Assembly (NCBI GenBank): GCA_963664195.1
Contig: OY760907.1
Coordinates: 320,001-384,000, forward strand
From: an uncultured candidate division Zixibacteria bacterium
GTDB taxonomy: Bacteria; Zixibacteria; MSB-5A5; GN15; FEB-12
Reading direction: 5' to 3'
Length of the DNA stretch: 64,000 nucleotides
Within the stretch, counting starts at the first letter, position 1, and each line of letters begins with the position of its first letter. Below are positions 1 to 9,349 of this stretch, one piece after another. The translations under genes were made by a program, and so were the position numbers. The notes under the pieces were generated by a model. That model made no database searches. It was not told the origin of the DNA and saw only the letters and a program-made list of their open reading frames with translations.

Positions 1-161
1 AACAGCAGTACAATCCAATCTGGATGAGGACCCTGATAAGGGTCCGGGCAATCCCCAAGATGAAACGGGCACTGCAACACAATCGCTCTTTGCCGCGCAC
101 AATATACGATTGCAAAAGCAAAAAAACAGCTTCTATCGAGGTTTGCAAGCCAAAAAAGGCC

Positions 162-189
162 TTGACAAATCTCACAGAAAAAATATAAT
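162..189 (+). promoter_or_regulatory. Sigma70-type promoter of the polyamine operon
   Basis: Perfect TTGACA (162-167), 16-nt spacer, TATAAT (184-189), ending about 65 nt upstream of the first ORF. Confidence 0.85.
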
Positions 190-253
190 AGGCCACCTTT
201 CATAAACAAATAGGTAGCGTTTATTAAACTCGAAGAAGACAAGCGGCGGCACG

Positions 254-796
254 GTGGAACTGAACATAGGTCAAAAAATCAAGGCGATGAGGCTGGCCTC
301 CGATCTCACGCAGGCCGAATTGGCCGACCGCGCTGACCTGACAAAAGGATTCATCTCCCAACTCGAAAACGAGCAGAGTTCCATTTCTGTCGACGCTCTT
401 GCTGATATTCTCGACGCCCTTGGTATCAGCCTGACGGATTTCTTCAGCGACCAATCCGAGCCGCAGGTAGTGTTCTCCCCCGAGGATCGTATCGCGGTCG
501 AGGGCAAAGGCGTCTCGCTCTTTGAGCTGTTGGTCCCCGGTTCCACCAACAACGACATGGACCCCATCATGGTGGAGATGGCCCCCGGAGAGGCACTTGA
601 GCGCACTGATCCACACCCGGGAGAACAGTTTGGCTACGTGATGAGCGGAACGGCCACGCTCATAATTGACAAGAAGAGACACAGAATACCCGCCCGACAC
701 TGCTTCTATTTTACTTCGGACAGGGTACATCAGATATCGAATGAAGGAAATGCAATGGTGAAGCTGCTCTGGCTGACCACACCACCGCAGATGTAG
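254..796 (+). CDS. XRE-family HTH-cupin transcriptional regulator (PuuR-like)
   Basis: N-terminal HTH (IGQKIKAMRL..LTQAELADRADLTKGFISQLEN) plus cupin (HPGEQFGYVMSG). Confidence 0.9.
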   Translation: MELNIGQKIKAMRLASDLTQAELADRADLTKGFISQLENEQSSISVDALADILDALGISLTDFFSDQSEPQVVFSPEDRIAVEGKGVSLFELLVPGSTNNDMDPIMVEMAPGEALERTDPHPGEQFGYVMSGTATLIIDKKRHRIPARHCFYFTSDRVHQISNEGNAMVKLLWLTTPPQM

Positions 797-824
797 AATA
801 TAGATATGAAAGGAGGAACTGGAG

Positions 825-1238
825 ATGAGAATTCTGGGACGACATCTCATAGTTGAATACGCCGACTGCGCGTCCGAAAAACTGGACGACAAGGAATTTC
901 TGCAATCCAGTATGCTTGAGGCAGTACGAAAATCGGGCGCAACAATCGTTAGTTCCACTTTTCATCGTTACGCCCCGCAGGGCGTGTCCGGAGTAGTGGT
1001 CATAGCCGAATCTCACATGTCGATTCACACCTGGCCCGAGTATGGTTATGCCGCAGTCGACTTCTTCACCTGTGGCCAGACCGTCGATCCTCACAAAGCC
1101 CACGCTCTCATCAAAGATGCGCTGGAGTGCAAAAGGGTCACGGTCCAGGAGATGAAACGCGGAATCCCGTCGGACAAACACGAGGTCATCAGCCACAAAC
1201 CAGAACTACAGGCTGGTAAGGCCGTAGCGGCCGGCTGA
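825..1238 (+). CDS. speD: S-adenosylmethionine decarboxylase proenzyme
   Basis: GVSGVVVIAESHMSIHTWPEYGYAAVDFFTCG pyruvoyl self-cleavage motif; AGGAGG RBS. Confidence 0.95.
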   Translation: MRILGRHLIVEYADCASEKLDDKEFLQSSMLEAVRKSGATIVSSTFHRYAPQGVSGVVVIAESHMSIHTWPEYGYAAVDFFTCGQTVDPHKAHALIKDALECKRVTVQEMKRGIPSDKHEVISHKPELQAGKAVAAG

Positions 1239-1254
1239 GAAAAGAGCGCGAAAT

Positions 1255-2424
1255 ATGACGCACTCTCTCAGTTTCTCGCAGGTGATGGAGACAGCCCTAC
1301 TTCGGGGGGTCGACACCTCTTTGATAAGTGACCTGTTTATGCGCAAGGGACCAAAAACCCCCGTGTTGCTGCTGTCACGATCAGAGGTGCGCCGCAACTA
1401 CCAGGCTCTAACTCAGGCTCTCCCCCGCGCCAAAGTGCACTACGCTGTCAAGTCAAACAATCACGAGGCTATCCTTCGCGAGGTATTTGATTGCGGGGGT
1501 AATTTCGATGTCTGCTCGGCGGCGGAAATCGATCTCGTCACGGCCGCCGGCGCGGAGCCGTCGACCCTGGTGCATACCCATCCGATCAAATCGACGTATG
1601 AGTTCGATTATGCGATCAGCAAAGGTGTCGAGACATTCGTCGTAGACAATAGTGAAGAAGTGCAGAAGCTCAGGCGGTACACCGATCGCAGGCTGAAGAT
1701 TCTGATCCGCTATCGGATCAACACAAACACCACAGCCGTCGTCGATCTGCAGTACAAGTTCGGCTGCACTCCAGACGAAGTGTTAATGCTCGCTCGCGAG
1801 ATAAAGGATGCCGGACATGAGTACCACGGACTGTGTTTTCACATAGGTTCGCAGTGCGTGTTCTCTGAGAACTACGTGCAGGCGATTCACGCCGGCAGCG
1901 AATTGATCCGGTCACTGAATATGGATGGATTCACTACCCGTGTGCTGGATATCGGCGGTGGATTCCCTGTCCAGTACGTCGAGCTGATTCCTTCGATTGA
2001 ATCCCTATGCGAACCGATTAGCGCGGCACTCACGGAGTACATCAGCCCCGATATTCGAGTCATCTGTGAGCCGGGACGTTTCATATCCGGAAGTCCGGTG
2101 ACGCTGGTGTGCAACGTGGAAGGCAAAGCTCTTCGTGACGGCAAGATGTGGTATTATCTCGACGACGGTCTCTACTCGACCTTCAGCGGCATCGTATTCG
2201 ACCATTGCCAGTATCCGGTGATAACCAACAAACCGGGCGAGGGAAAACTCTCCGTTCTGGCCGGACCGACCTGTGACTCGTTTGATGTCATGTACGACGG
2301 TCTGGTAATCCCGGAACACGAAATCGGTGATATGTTTGTATTCCCGTTGACGGGTGCCTACTGTGCAGTATCGGGATCGAATTTCAACTCCCTGAAACGA
2401 CCGGAATACATTGTTATAGATTAA
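1255..2424 (+). CDS. Fold-type III PLP-dependent ornithine (or lysine/ornithine) decarboxylase
   Basis: YAVKSN PLP-lysine, HIGSQ, DIGGG, EPGR and GPTCDSFD motifs; lies between speD and speE. Confidence 0.88.
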   Translation: MTHSLSFSQVMETALLRGVDTSLISDLFMRKGPKTPVLLLSRSEVRRNYQALTQALPRAKVHYAVKSNNHEAILREVFDCGGNFDVCSAAEIDLVTAAGAEPSTLVHTHPIKSTYEFDYAISKGVETFVVDNSEEVQKLRRYTDRRLKILIRYRINTNTTAVVDLQYKFGCTPDEVLMLAREIKDAGHEYHGLCFHIGSQCVFSENYVQAIHAGSELIRSLNMDGFTTRVLDIGGGFPVQYVELIPSIESLCEPISAALTEYISPDIRVICEPGRFISGSPVTLVCNVEGKALRDGKMWYYLDDGLYSTFSGIVFDHCQYPVITNKPGEGKLSVLAGPTCDSFDVMYDGLVIPEHEIGDMFVFPLTGAYCAVSGSNFNSLKRPEYIVID

Positions 2425-2432
2425 GGCTGAAT

Positions 2433-3329
2433 ATGACAGACAAGAAGAACGTGGCAGGAAACTACATTAGCGAAGAAGGCATGGCCAACCTCTGGAATGT
2501 CTGGTACTCGGAACTTCACGACGGTACCTCCGGCCTGACGCTCAAGATCAACCGTACGGTGGAATCCCTCCAGTCGGAGTTTCAGCGTATCGACATTATC
2601 GAAAACGATGACTTCGGTAAAATGCTCGTCCTCTACGGTTCTCTCATGGTGTGCGACACTGACAACAACGCCTATAACGAGATGATTGCCCACGTCCCGC
2701 TGTTCTGCCATCCCGACCCGAGACAGGTCCTCATTATCGGCGGCGGTGACTGCGGTGCTCTGACAGAGGTCATGAAACACCCGGAAGTCGAACGCTGCAC
2801 AATGTGCGAACTGGATGAGATGGTGGTCGAGGTATCAAAAAGACACTTCCCCCGCCTGACCGCTGGAGCTTCCGACTCGAGAGCCAACATGATCTTCCAG
2901 GACGGCAAGAAGTTCATCGAGGACACCGACGAGAAGTTCGATCTGATCCTGCTTGACCTCTCCGATCCGGTCGGTCCGGCGGCGGATTTGTTTCAGAAGT
3001 CATTCCATCAAGACGTATACGATCGATTGAACGACAGCGGCATCATGGTCGCGCAGTCCGAATCGCCGTACTTCAATCAAGAGACGGTACGGGCGATGTA
3101 CACCAACCTCAAGAGTATTTTCCCGATCGTAAGGATGTACACCTGCTTCATGCCGATATATCCCTCAGGATATTGGTCATTTGCCTTCTGCAGCAAGGGG
3201 ATAGACCCGCTGAGAGATATGGACACCGCTCGTTACGAAAAGAACAAACCGGAGACACGGTACTACAATCTGGAGACGCATCGCGGTGCCTTTGCCCTGC
3301 CGCAGTTTGTCCGGGAACTGGTCGACTGA
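2433..3329 (+). CDS. speE: Polyamine aminopropyltransferase (spermidine synthase)
   Basis: LIIGGGDCG, CELDEMV, DLSDPVGPA, YPSGYW motifs. Confidence 0.92.
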   Translation: MTDKKNVAGNYISEEGMANLWNVWYSELHDGTSGLTLKINRTVESLQSEFQRIDIIENDDFGKMLVLYGSLMVCDTDNNAYNEMIAHVPLFCHPDPRQVLIIGGGDCGALTEVMKHPEVERCTMCELDEMVVEVSKRHFPRLTAGASDSRANMIFQDGKKFIEDTDEKFDLILLDLSDPVGPAADLFQKSFHQDVYDRLNDSGIMVAQSESPYFNQETVRAMYTNLKSIFPIVRMYTCFMPIYPSGYWSFAFCSKGIDPLRDMDTARYEKNKPETRYYNLETHRGAFALPQFVRELVD

Positions 3330-3349
3330 TCATCGTGCGGTGAATTGCA

Positions 3350-3380
3350 AAACGCCCGGCCAAGCCCGGGCGTTTCTGTT
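3350..3380 (+). terminator. Intrinsic terminator of the polyamine operon
   Basis: AAACGCCCGG-ccaagc-CCGGGCGTTT stem followed by CTGTT. Confidence 0.7.
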
Positions 3381-3556
3381 CGTACCGGAACGATACGGAG
3401 AAACATGAAACCGGCTTATCTTATGCAAGACTGCAAAGCTGAATCCGCCGGGACGATTGTCGACTACTGCAGGCAGAAGCAGGTTGTATGTGCTGTTGGA
3501 CGACCCCGTCCGACAGCCTCAAAATACACCGACAATTGCCAGTCAGAATGACCGGC

Positions 3557-3789
3557 GGTCCGGACCACCGGGGAGATAGGTAACCGTATATTGACGGTAC
3601 TGATCAAGGAGGTAGACAGTGCCGTGAAAAGAGACGGAACCCATGAACGAACGGATGAGATTCATTCTGATGCATGAGGATGAGAGTTTTACGGTGAGCC
3701 GGTTGTGCGAGCTGTTTGGGATTTCTCGGAGGACCGGTTGTGACGGATTGCGAGAGCGATCACGGGCCGCTCTGAGCACGCTACGCTAA
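3557..3789 (+). mobile_element. IS481-family remnant (left end plus truncated transposase pseudogene)
   Basis: AGGAGG RBS, then GTG at 3619 reading MP*KETEPMNERMRFILMHEDESFTVSRLCELFGISRRTG, matching the IS481 'MPWKE..M.ER..F..LC..FGISRKTG' N-terminus with TGG changed to TGA. Confidence 0.75.
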
Positions 3790-3929
3790 GACTCATAACT
3801 CAGTCACACCGCTTCCTGCCTGAACGCCCGACCGTATTGTCGTCAAGTTCCGTCGTTCGTCATCTGAACACCTCCTGAAACCAACATACCGTGGCTTTTT
3901 CAGGTGTCCGCTCTTTCGGGGGAAGAACA
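3786..3929 (-). mobile_element. IS3-family remnant (left inverted repeat plus OrfA stub)
   Basis: Minus strand begins TGTTCTTCCCCCGAAAGAGCGGACACC (IS3-like end), AGGAGG RBS, ATG at 3863 reading MTNDGT*RQYGRAFRQEAV*LSYES, like OrfA 'RRxYxxEFKxEAVRL'. Confidence 0.7.
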
Positions 3930-4113
3930 CACGATTCCTATCACTACGGCGTGTTGGCATGCTGCGAATCCACCACGTCGGAGGCTGGACGGTATACGTC
4001 GGAGGAGTACCTTGAGGAGCTCGAATCGCTGATCGACTAGCTCATAGTGTAAGGCACCACGTACTCCAAGCGGCACTCCGGTACGTTCTCAGTTGATTCG
4101 AGCGCATCAAACC

Positions 4114-4144
4114 AAAAACCGCCGGGGCTTAAACCCCGGCGGTT
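4114..4144 (-). terminator. Intrinsic terminator after valS
   Basis: AACCGCCGGGG-cttaaa-CCCCGGCGGTT stem with a T run on the minus strand. Confidence 0.8.
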
Positions 4145-4171
4145 GTGATCATCAGTCGATGTATTCGCCTG

Positions 4172-6850
4172 TTACCAGCCCAGAATCTGCTCCAGGTTGC
4201 GGTTGATCTTCTCGATCCGTTCCTCGTAGTCCGACTTCTTGCCTTTCTCACGCTCGACAACATCGTCAGGAGCGTTGGCAAGGAAATCAGGATTGGCGAG
4301 TTTCTTTGAAACTCTGGTCAACTGTAGTTTCAAGTTGTCCAGATCCTTTTGAAGGCGACTCTTCTCCATGTCAATGTCGATCAAGCCCTCGAGCGGGACA
4401 AAAATCTCCGCGCCTGAGATTACAGCCGATGCCGAAAGCGGCGGCTTCTTGACACTCGTGCCGCAGTGGAGATTCTCCACGCGCGCCAGCGAACGGAAGT
4501 ACTGGATGTGGTCTTCCAGCAGTTTGCCGAAAGACTCTTCGCCCACCCGAACGTACAAGTCGGACTTTTTGCCAGGCGGGACGTTCAACTCGGCACGGAC
4601 CGAGCGGATCGCCGTCACGACTTCCTGAATCTGCTTCAGGCTCTCTTCGAGATCGTTGTCGACGTGCTTGAGGTCCGTCTTCGGCCACGGGCCAAAAGTG
4701 AGCGTGTTCGATCTGTCGGTTTCGTCCGAACCGGTCAACTGGTGGTATATCTCTTCTGTGACGAACGGCATGAACGGATGCAGCAGTCTCAAAATCTGAG
4801 CGAGTGTGTAGGTCGCGACATTCAGCGAATTCGGCCTGATCGATTCTCCCGGCACGTCCGGCTTGATCAACTCGACATACCACGAGCAATAATCATCCCA
4901 GACAAAGTTATAGAGAATCTTCGATGCGTTCGACAAGCGATACTCTTTAAAGCAGTTCTCAACCGCTTCGATTGTTCTCTCCAACCGTGAGAGAATCCAG
5001 CGGTCGAAAATGTCCAGGTCTGTTTCCTCAAGCTCTTTCAGTACTGGTTTCTGACCGTCGAGACGCATCATGACAAACCGGGAAACCTGGTAGAGCTTGT
5101 TGACGAAATTGCGTCCGCCCTCGAACGTGTTTTTGCTGATCCAGGGGTCCTGACCGTCGGGAGTGGCGAGCACCATCGATATGCGGAGCGCATCGGCGCC
5201 GTGCTTTTCGATAACCTCGACCGGGTCGATACCGTTGCCAAGCGATTTGGACATTTTGATGCCGTTGGCGTCGCGGACCGTGCCGTGGATGTAGACGTCG
5301 GTAAACGGCGACTTGCCCATAAACTCGAATCCCGACATGACCATGCGCGCCACCCAGAGGAAGATGATTTCCGAGGCAGTGGTGAGCACTTTGGTCGGGT
5401 AGAACTTCTCAAGCTCCGGGGTCTTCTCCGGCCAGCCGAACGCTGAGAACGGCCACAGCCACGAGGAGAACCAGGTGTCCAAAACGTCCTCGTCCTGTAC
5501 CAGCGTCTTCGGATCGTAACCCTCACACTCGTCGGCAGTCGGGCGATTTACCGAAATGAACATCGCGCCGTCTTCGGCATACCAGACGGGGATGCGATGT
5601 CCCCACCAGAGCTGACGGGAAATGCACCAGTCGCGGATGTTTTCCATCCAGTGAAGGTAGGTCTTGGACCAGTAGTCCGGATGGAATCGCAGTTCCCCTC
5701 TTTTGAGAACGTCGATAGCCGGCTCTGCCAGTTCCTTCATTTTCACAAACCACTGATTGGAGAGATAGGGTTCGACCACTGTATGGCAGCGGTAGCAGGT
5801 ACCTGCCGAGAGAGCGTAGTCTTCGGTCTTTTCCAACTGTCCCTTTTCGCCGAGTTCTTTGAGCAGCTCTTTTCTGGCTGCGTAACGGTCGAAGCCTTTG
5901 TACTTGCCGGCGTTTTCGTTCAGAGTGCCGTCGATATTGAGAATGTTAATCTCAGTCAGGTCGTGACGCTTGCCGATCTCAAAGTCGTTCGGGTCGTGGG
6001 CCGGAGTGACTTTGACAACACCGGTTCCGAATTCCGGGTCGACATAGCTGTCGGCGACAATCGGAATCTCGCGCTCGAGAATCGGCAGAATGACCGTTTT
6101 GCCGACGTACCGTTTGAAGCGGCTGTCTTTCGGCGAGACGGCCAGGGCAGTGTCTCCGAGCATTGTCTCGGGACGCGTGGTGGCGACCGTCAGGTATTCG
6201 TCGGAGCCTTTAACTTTATATTTGATATACCAGAGATGGCTCGCAAAATCCTTGTGCTCGACCTCGTCGTCGGACAGTGACGTTTTGCATGAAGGACACC
6301 AGTTTACGATCCGGTGGCCGCGGTAGATCAGTTTCCGTTCGTAGAGGTGTTTGAAGACCTGGGCGACTGCTTCAGAGAGACCGTCATCAAGCGTGAAACG
6401 AGTGCGTTCCCAATCGCAGGAGCAGCCCATCTTGCGCAACTGGCCCAGAATCTGTTCCTTATTGCCACGTGCCCATTCGTTCGTCCGTTCCCAGAATTTC
6501 TCGCGGCCCATCTCGCGGCGGGTAGTGCCTTCTTTGGCAAGTTGTTTCTCAACAATAACCTGCGTCGCGATTCCGGCGTGATCTGAGCCGGGCAGCCATT
6601 CGGCCTCGTAGCCTTCCATTCGATGTTTGCGGACAAGAACATCCTGAATCGTGTTGTTCAGCGCGTGGCCCAGGTGCAGGACGGCAGTAACATTCGGCGG
6701 CGGGATGACGATGCTGTACGGCTGCTTCTCGGAGTTCGGGTCACCGTGGAAGTAGCCGGCATCGGTCCATTGCTGATAAATCCGCTTCTCGACTTCGGCC
6801 GGAGAGTAGGCAGTGGATTTTTTTGGTCGCTGGTCGTTTGTGTTGCTCAT
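4172..6850 (-). CDS. valS: Valine--tRNA ligase
   Basis: PPPNVT..HLGH, DWCISRQLWWGHRIP, KMSKS, C-terminal coiled coil; start moved to ATG 6850 (MSNTNDQ), just downstream of a promoter. Confidence 0.97.
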   Translation of the reverse strand: MSNTNDQRPKKSTAYSPAEVEKRIYQQWTDAGYFHGDPNSEKQPYSIVIPPPNVTAVLHLGHALNNTIQDVLVRKHRMEGYEAEWLPGSDHAGIATQVIVEKQLAKEGTTRREMGREKFWERTNEWARGNKEQILGQLRKMGCSCDWERTRFTLDDGLSEAVAQVFKHLYERKLIYRGHRIVNWCPSCKTSLSDDEVEHKDFASHLWYIKYKVKGSDEYLTVATTRPETMLGDTALAVSPKDSRFKRYVGKTVILPILEREIPIVADSYVDPEFGTGVVKVTPAHDPNDFEIGKRHDLTEINILNIDGTLNENAGKYKGFDRYAARKELLKELGEKGQLEKTEDYALSAGTCYRCHTVVEPYLSNQWFVKMKELAEPAIDVLKRGELRFHPDYWSKTYLHWMENIRDWCISRQLWWGHRIPVWYAEDGAMFISVNRPTADECEGYDPKTLVQDEDVLDTWFSSWLWPFSAFGWPEKTPELEKFYPTKVLTTASEIIFLWVARMVMSGFEFMGKSPFTDVYIHGTVRDANGIKMSKSLGNGIDPVEVIEKHGADALRISMVLATPDGQDPWISKNTFEGGRNFVNKLYQVSRFVMMRLDGQKPVLKELEETDLDIFDRWILSRLERTIEAVENCFKEYRLSNASKILYNFVWDDYCSWYVELIKPDVPGESIRPNSLNVATYTLAQILRLLHPFMPFVTEEIYHQLTGSDETDRSNTLTFGPWPKTDLKHVDNDLEESLKQIQEVVTAIRSVRAELNVPPGKKSDLYVRVGEESFGKLLEDHIQYFRSLARVENLHCGTSVKKPPLSASAVISGAEIFVPLEGLIDIDMEKSRLQKDLDNLKLQLTRVSKKLANPDFLANAPDDVVEREKGKKSDYEERIEKINRNLEQILGW

Positions 6851-6914
6851 GTCAAACTCGTTCCATATATTTCCAGCCGTCTTGCGAGACGGAAGTTGTT
6901 TGCGAAAACCTTCC

Positions 6915-6943
6915 ATTCTAGGTCTGTGACCGCTTTTTGTCAA
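6915..6943 (-). promoter_or_regulatory. Sigma70-type promoter of valS
   Basis: TTGACA-N17-TAGAAT on the minus strand. Confidence 0.75.
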
Positions 6944-7003
6944 GCTCGAAACCTGAATGGGGAAGATCACTCCGGAGAACAGATAAGGGTTATATCGGCA
7001 TAT

Positions 7004-7813
7004 ATGAACGATTTGAAAGCCAAAGTACTCGACAAAACCATCCCCCCGTTTGAGCGTCTTTGCCTCCTGATGGAGGTCCTGCGTTCCCCGGAGGGTTGTG
7101 CCTGGGACCGCGCCCAGACCCACCATTCTCTTCTGCCGTACCTGATTGAGGAGGCCTATGAAGTGGTCGAGGCGGTCGAGTCCGGCGATCACGAGGAGCT
7201 GAAAGACGAACTGGGGGACGTCATCTGTCAGGTTGTCTTCCATGCCCAACTGGCACGGGAAAAGGGGCTTTTTGAGGCCAATGATTCGGTCAATTGCATC
7301 ATTGACAAGCTGGTACGCCGTCATCCGCACGTTTTCGGCGAACAGAAAGAGCTTAATCCGCAACAGGTGCGGGATCAGTGGGAGAAGATCAAGACCGGAT
7401 CAGGGGAGAAAAAGACCGTGTTGGGAGGACTTCCACGCAGCATGCCGGCTCTGACGATGGCCTTCAGGATAGGGGAAAAAGCTGGCGGTGTCGGATTTGA
7501 CTGGGATTGCGCCTCGGATGTTTTCGAGAAAATCGACGAAGAACTCGGCGAGATCAAACAGGAGTTGGATTCCACAGGGCCGGACAGACAAGAACGAATA
7601 GCCGAGGAGTTCGGTGATCTGCTGTTTGCAGTAGCATCGGCGGCAAGGAAGTTGAAGGTTGACCCGGAGGCTGCGCTCAGGAAAGCGCTGTTGAAGTTCA
7701 TAGGGCGGTTCGAGAAGCTCGAACAGGAGGTGAACGAATCCGGTCGGGTATTCGATGACTACACACTTGATCAGTTAGAGGATATCTGGCAACGAGTGAA
7801 AAAGACAGACTGA
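7004..7813 (+). CDS. mazG: Nucleoside triphosphate pyrophosphohydrolase MazG
   Basis: GCAWDRAQT, EEAYEVVEA..ELGD, KLVRRHPHVF, second EEFGDLLF domain; start set at ATG 7004. Confidence 0.93.
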   Translation: MNDLKAKVLDKTIPPFERLCLLMEVLRSPEGCAWDRAQTHHSLLPYLIEEAYEVVEAVESGDHEELKDELGDVICQVVFHAQLAREKGLFEANDSVNCIIDKLVRRHPHVFGEQKELNPQQVRDQWEKIKTGSGEKKTVLGGLPRSMPALTMAFRIGEKAGGVGFDWDCASDVFEKIDEELGEIKQELDSTGPDRQERIAEEFGDLLFAVASAARKLKVDPEAALRKALLKFIGRFEKLEQEVNESGRVFDDYTLDQLEDIWQRVKKTD

Positions 7814-8030
7814 ACATCCGGGCAATTTGCATCGACTGATCGTTCCTTTTTTCTTGATCCCGTATTTGTCAAACCATTAATTGATTCTGAAGTACCTTCG
7901 GTGGGCAGCCACTAACAGCTTGATGGGATCACTGCTGCCGAAGGGAACAGGAACTGTGAACAGACGATTGATCGCAAGGAACACAAAAACTCTAACGAAA
8001 CTTCATAAGAATGACAGAAAGGAATCTGAC

Positions 8031-9281
8031 ATGAAGACAACAGGTATTATTCTACTCGTACTGATGGCACTGTGTGCCGGCGCATTTGCCTCTGAAACCC
8101 GCACCCTGGTCATGGGCCAGAACGACGGTATCATGGTCGACGACTACAATATGTACCGCTTCCCGGGCAGGACGTTCGACTATCCGAATTTGGCCATCGG
8201 GGAGTTCTGCGCCCCTGATGATTTCTATCAGATGGGTATTAACTGGAAGTTCGGCGATGAGAATCCGTGGGTGCTCGCCACACACATTTCGTCGTTGTCT
8301 CCGTTGGTACCGGTAGACTATTCCGGTGGCAGTCTGGCCGATTTCGATATATTGTACGACCAGAACCACCGTATCGATCTTTTCTACGGCCGTCGGCTAG
8401 GTAACAACAATTTCGGGTTTAGTTTCGAGTTTGTACGCAGTGCGCAGAAGGAAGAATTGTCAATGGTCACGGATCCGGCGACTCCGACGGTTACGGTCGA
8501 AGAGAAGTTCTCGTATATGGAGTTCGGTATCGGCCTGACCGAAGGATCTTCCGGGAAGTGGGATGTGGCGGCCAATTTCGGTTTTGGTACCTGGACCGAT
8601 GACGATACTCTCGGGGTCAAGGAAACCGAGCCGGATGGTCTCTCTCAATTCTCACTGGAAGGTCGCTACTTCTGGGTGAAGAACCCGACCGTGACGTTGG
8701 TTCCGCACGCCGGTCTGTCCTTTGGCAAGCGCGGCGTGAAGGAGTTTGCGGTCAATTATATTGACCAGGTTGACACTACCTTGCTTGATCGCACGACCAG
8801 TGGATCTGCATTTGGGTTTGATCTGGGTTTGGGCATGAACTACACGTCCGGCCAGAACATGCTGGCAGTCTGTGACCTGGGCATTATGTACCAGAAGGTC
8901 AGTACGGATATCGAGTACAACCAGAACTACATCGACTCCGGCTATGTGAACGTAGAGAGAGAACAGAAGAATCTTTCCATTCCGTATATCAAACTGGGTT
9001 TTGAGGCCGAAGTTTTCAAATGGATGGATGTCCGTCTCGGTGCCACCACGTACTGGAACATCGATAAGAATGAGTTGCAGACAGTCCTCGGCTCCTCCTC
9101 CAGCACGACCAACTGGGCGAACAACGACACCTACATGGGATTCGGCCTTCACTGGGGCAACCTGTACATCGACACGTACACCGATCCTGAGTTGATACTC
9201 GACGGATTCAATTTCATTTCCGGATCAGACGATGTCGAGGACATGAACGCAATGGTCTCCGTGACCTACGAAATGTTCTAA
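8031..9281 (+). CDS. Outer-membrane beta-barrel protein (FadL/PorV-like architecture possible)
   Basis: Signal peptide MKTTGIILLVLMALCAGAFA, alternating aromatic beta-strands, C-terminal VTYEMF; AAGGA RBS. Confidence 0.75.
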   Translation: MKTTGIILLVLMALCAGAFASETRTLVMGQNDGIMVDDYNMYRFPGRTFDYPNLAIGEFCAPDDFYQMGINWKFGDENPWVLATHISSLSPLVPVDYSGGSLADFDILYDQNHRIDLFYGRRLGNNNFGFSFEFVRSAQKEELSMVTDPATPTVTVEEKFSYMEFGIGLTEGSSGKWDVAANFGFGTWTDDDTLGVKETEPDGLSQFSLEGRYFWVKNPTVTLVPHAGLSFGKRGVKEFAVNYIDQVDTTLLDRTTSGSAFGFDLGLGMNYTSGQNMLAVCDLGIMYQKVSTDIEYNQNYIDSGYVNVEREQKNLSIPYIKLGFEAEVFKWMDVRLGATTYWNIDKNELQTVLGSSSSTTNWANNDTYMGFGLHWGNLYIDTYTDPELILDGFNFISGSDDVEDMNAMVSVTYEMF

Positions 9282-9307
9282 TTCCAGACGACAAACGCGA
9301 ATACGCA

Positions 9308-9343
9308 AAGCCCGATCCCTTTTGTGGGGTCGGGTTTCTTTTG
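9308..9343 (+). terminator. Intrinsic terminator after the outer-membrane protein gene
   Basis: AAGCCCGATCCC...GGGGTCGGGTTT stem followed by CTTTT. Confidence 0.75.
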
Positions 9344-9349
9344 TGTGAG

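Noticed and set aside
1..100. Possible start of a divergent minus-strand gene at the window edge
   Set aside because: Only about 33 codons are visible, with no RBS or motif; it cannot be supported.
3619..3863. TGA recoding (alternative genetic code) suggested by in-frame TGA codons
   Set aside because: TGA serves as the normal stop for many intact genes here; these TGAs are confined to decayed IS stubs.
6851..6914. T-box or attenuator leader for valS
   Set aside because: The leader is only about 60 nt and lacks the T-box motif.
6992..7016. GCCGATAT sigma28-like box on the minus strand upstream of valS
   Set aside because: No -35 element at a suitable spacing, and a good sigma70 promoter already explains valS.
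6851..7363. 171-aa N-terminal extension of ValS, and the 127-aa extension of MazG
   Set aside because: Antisense shadows of each other's genes; a promoter at 6915-6943 places the valS start downstream.
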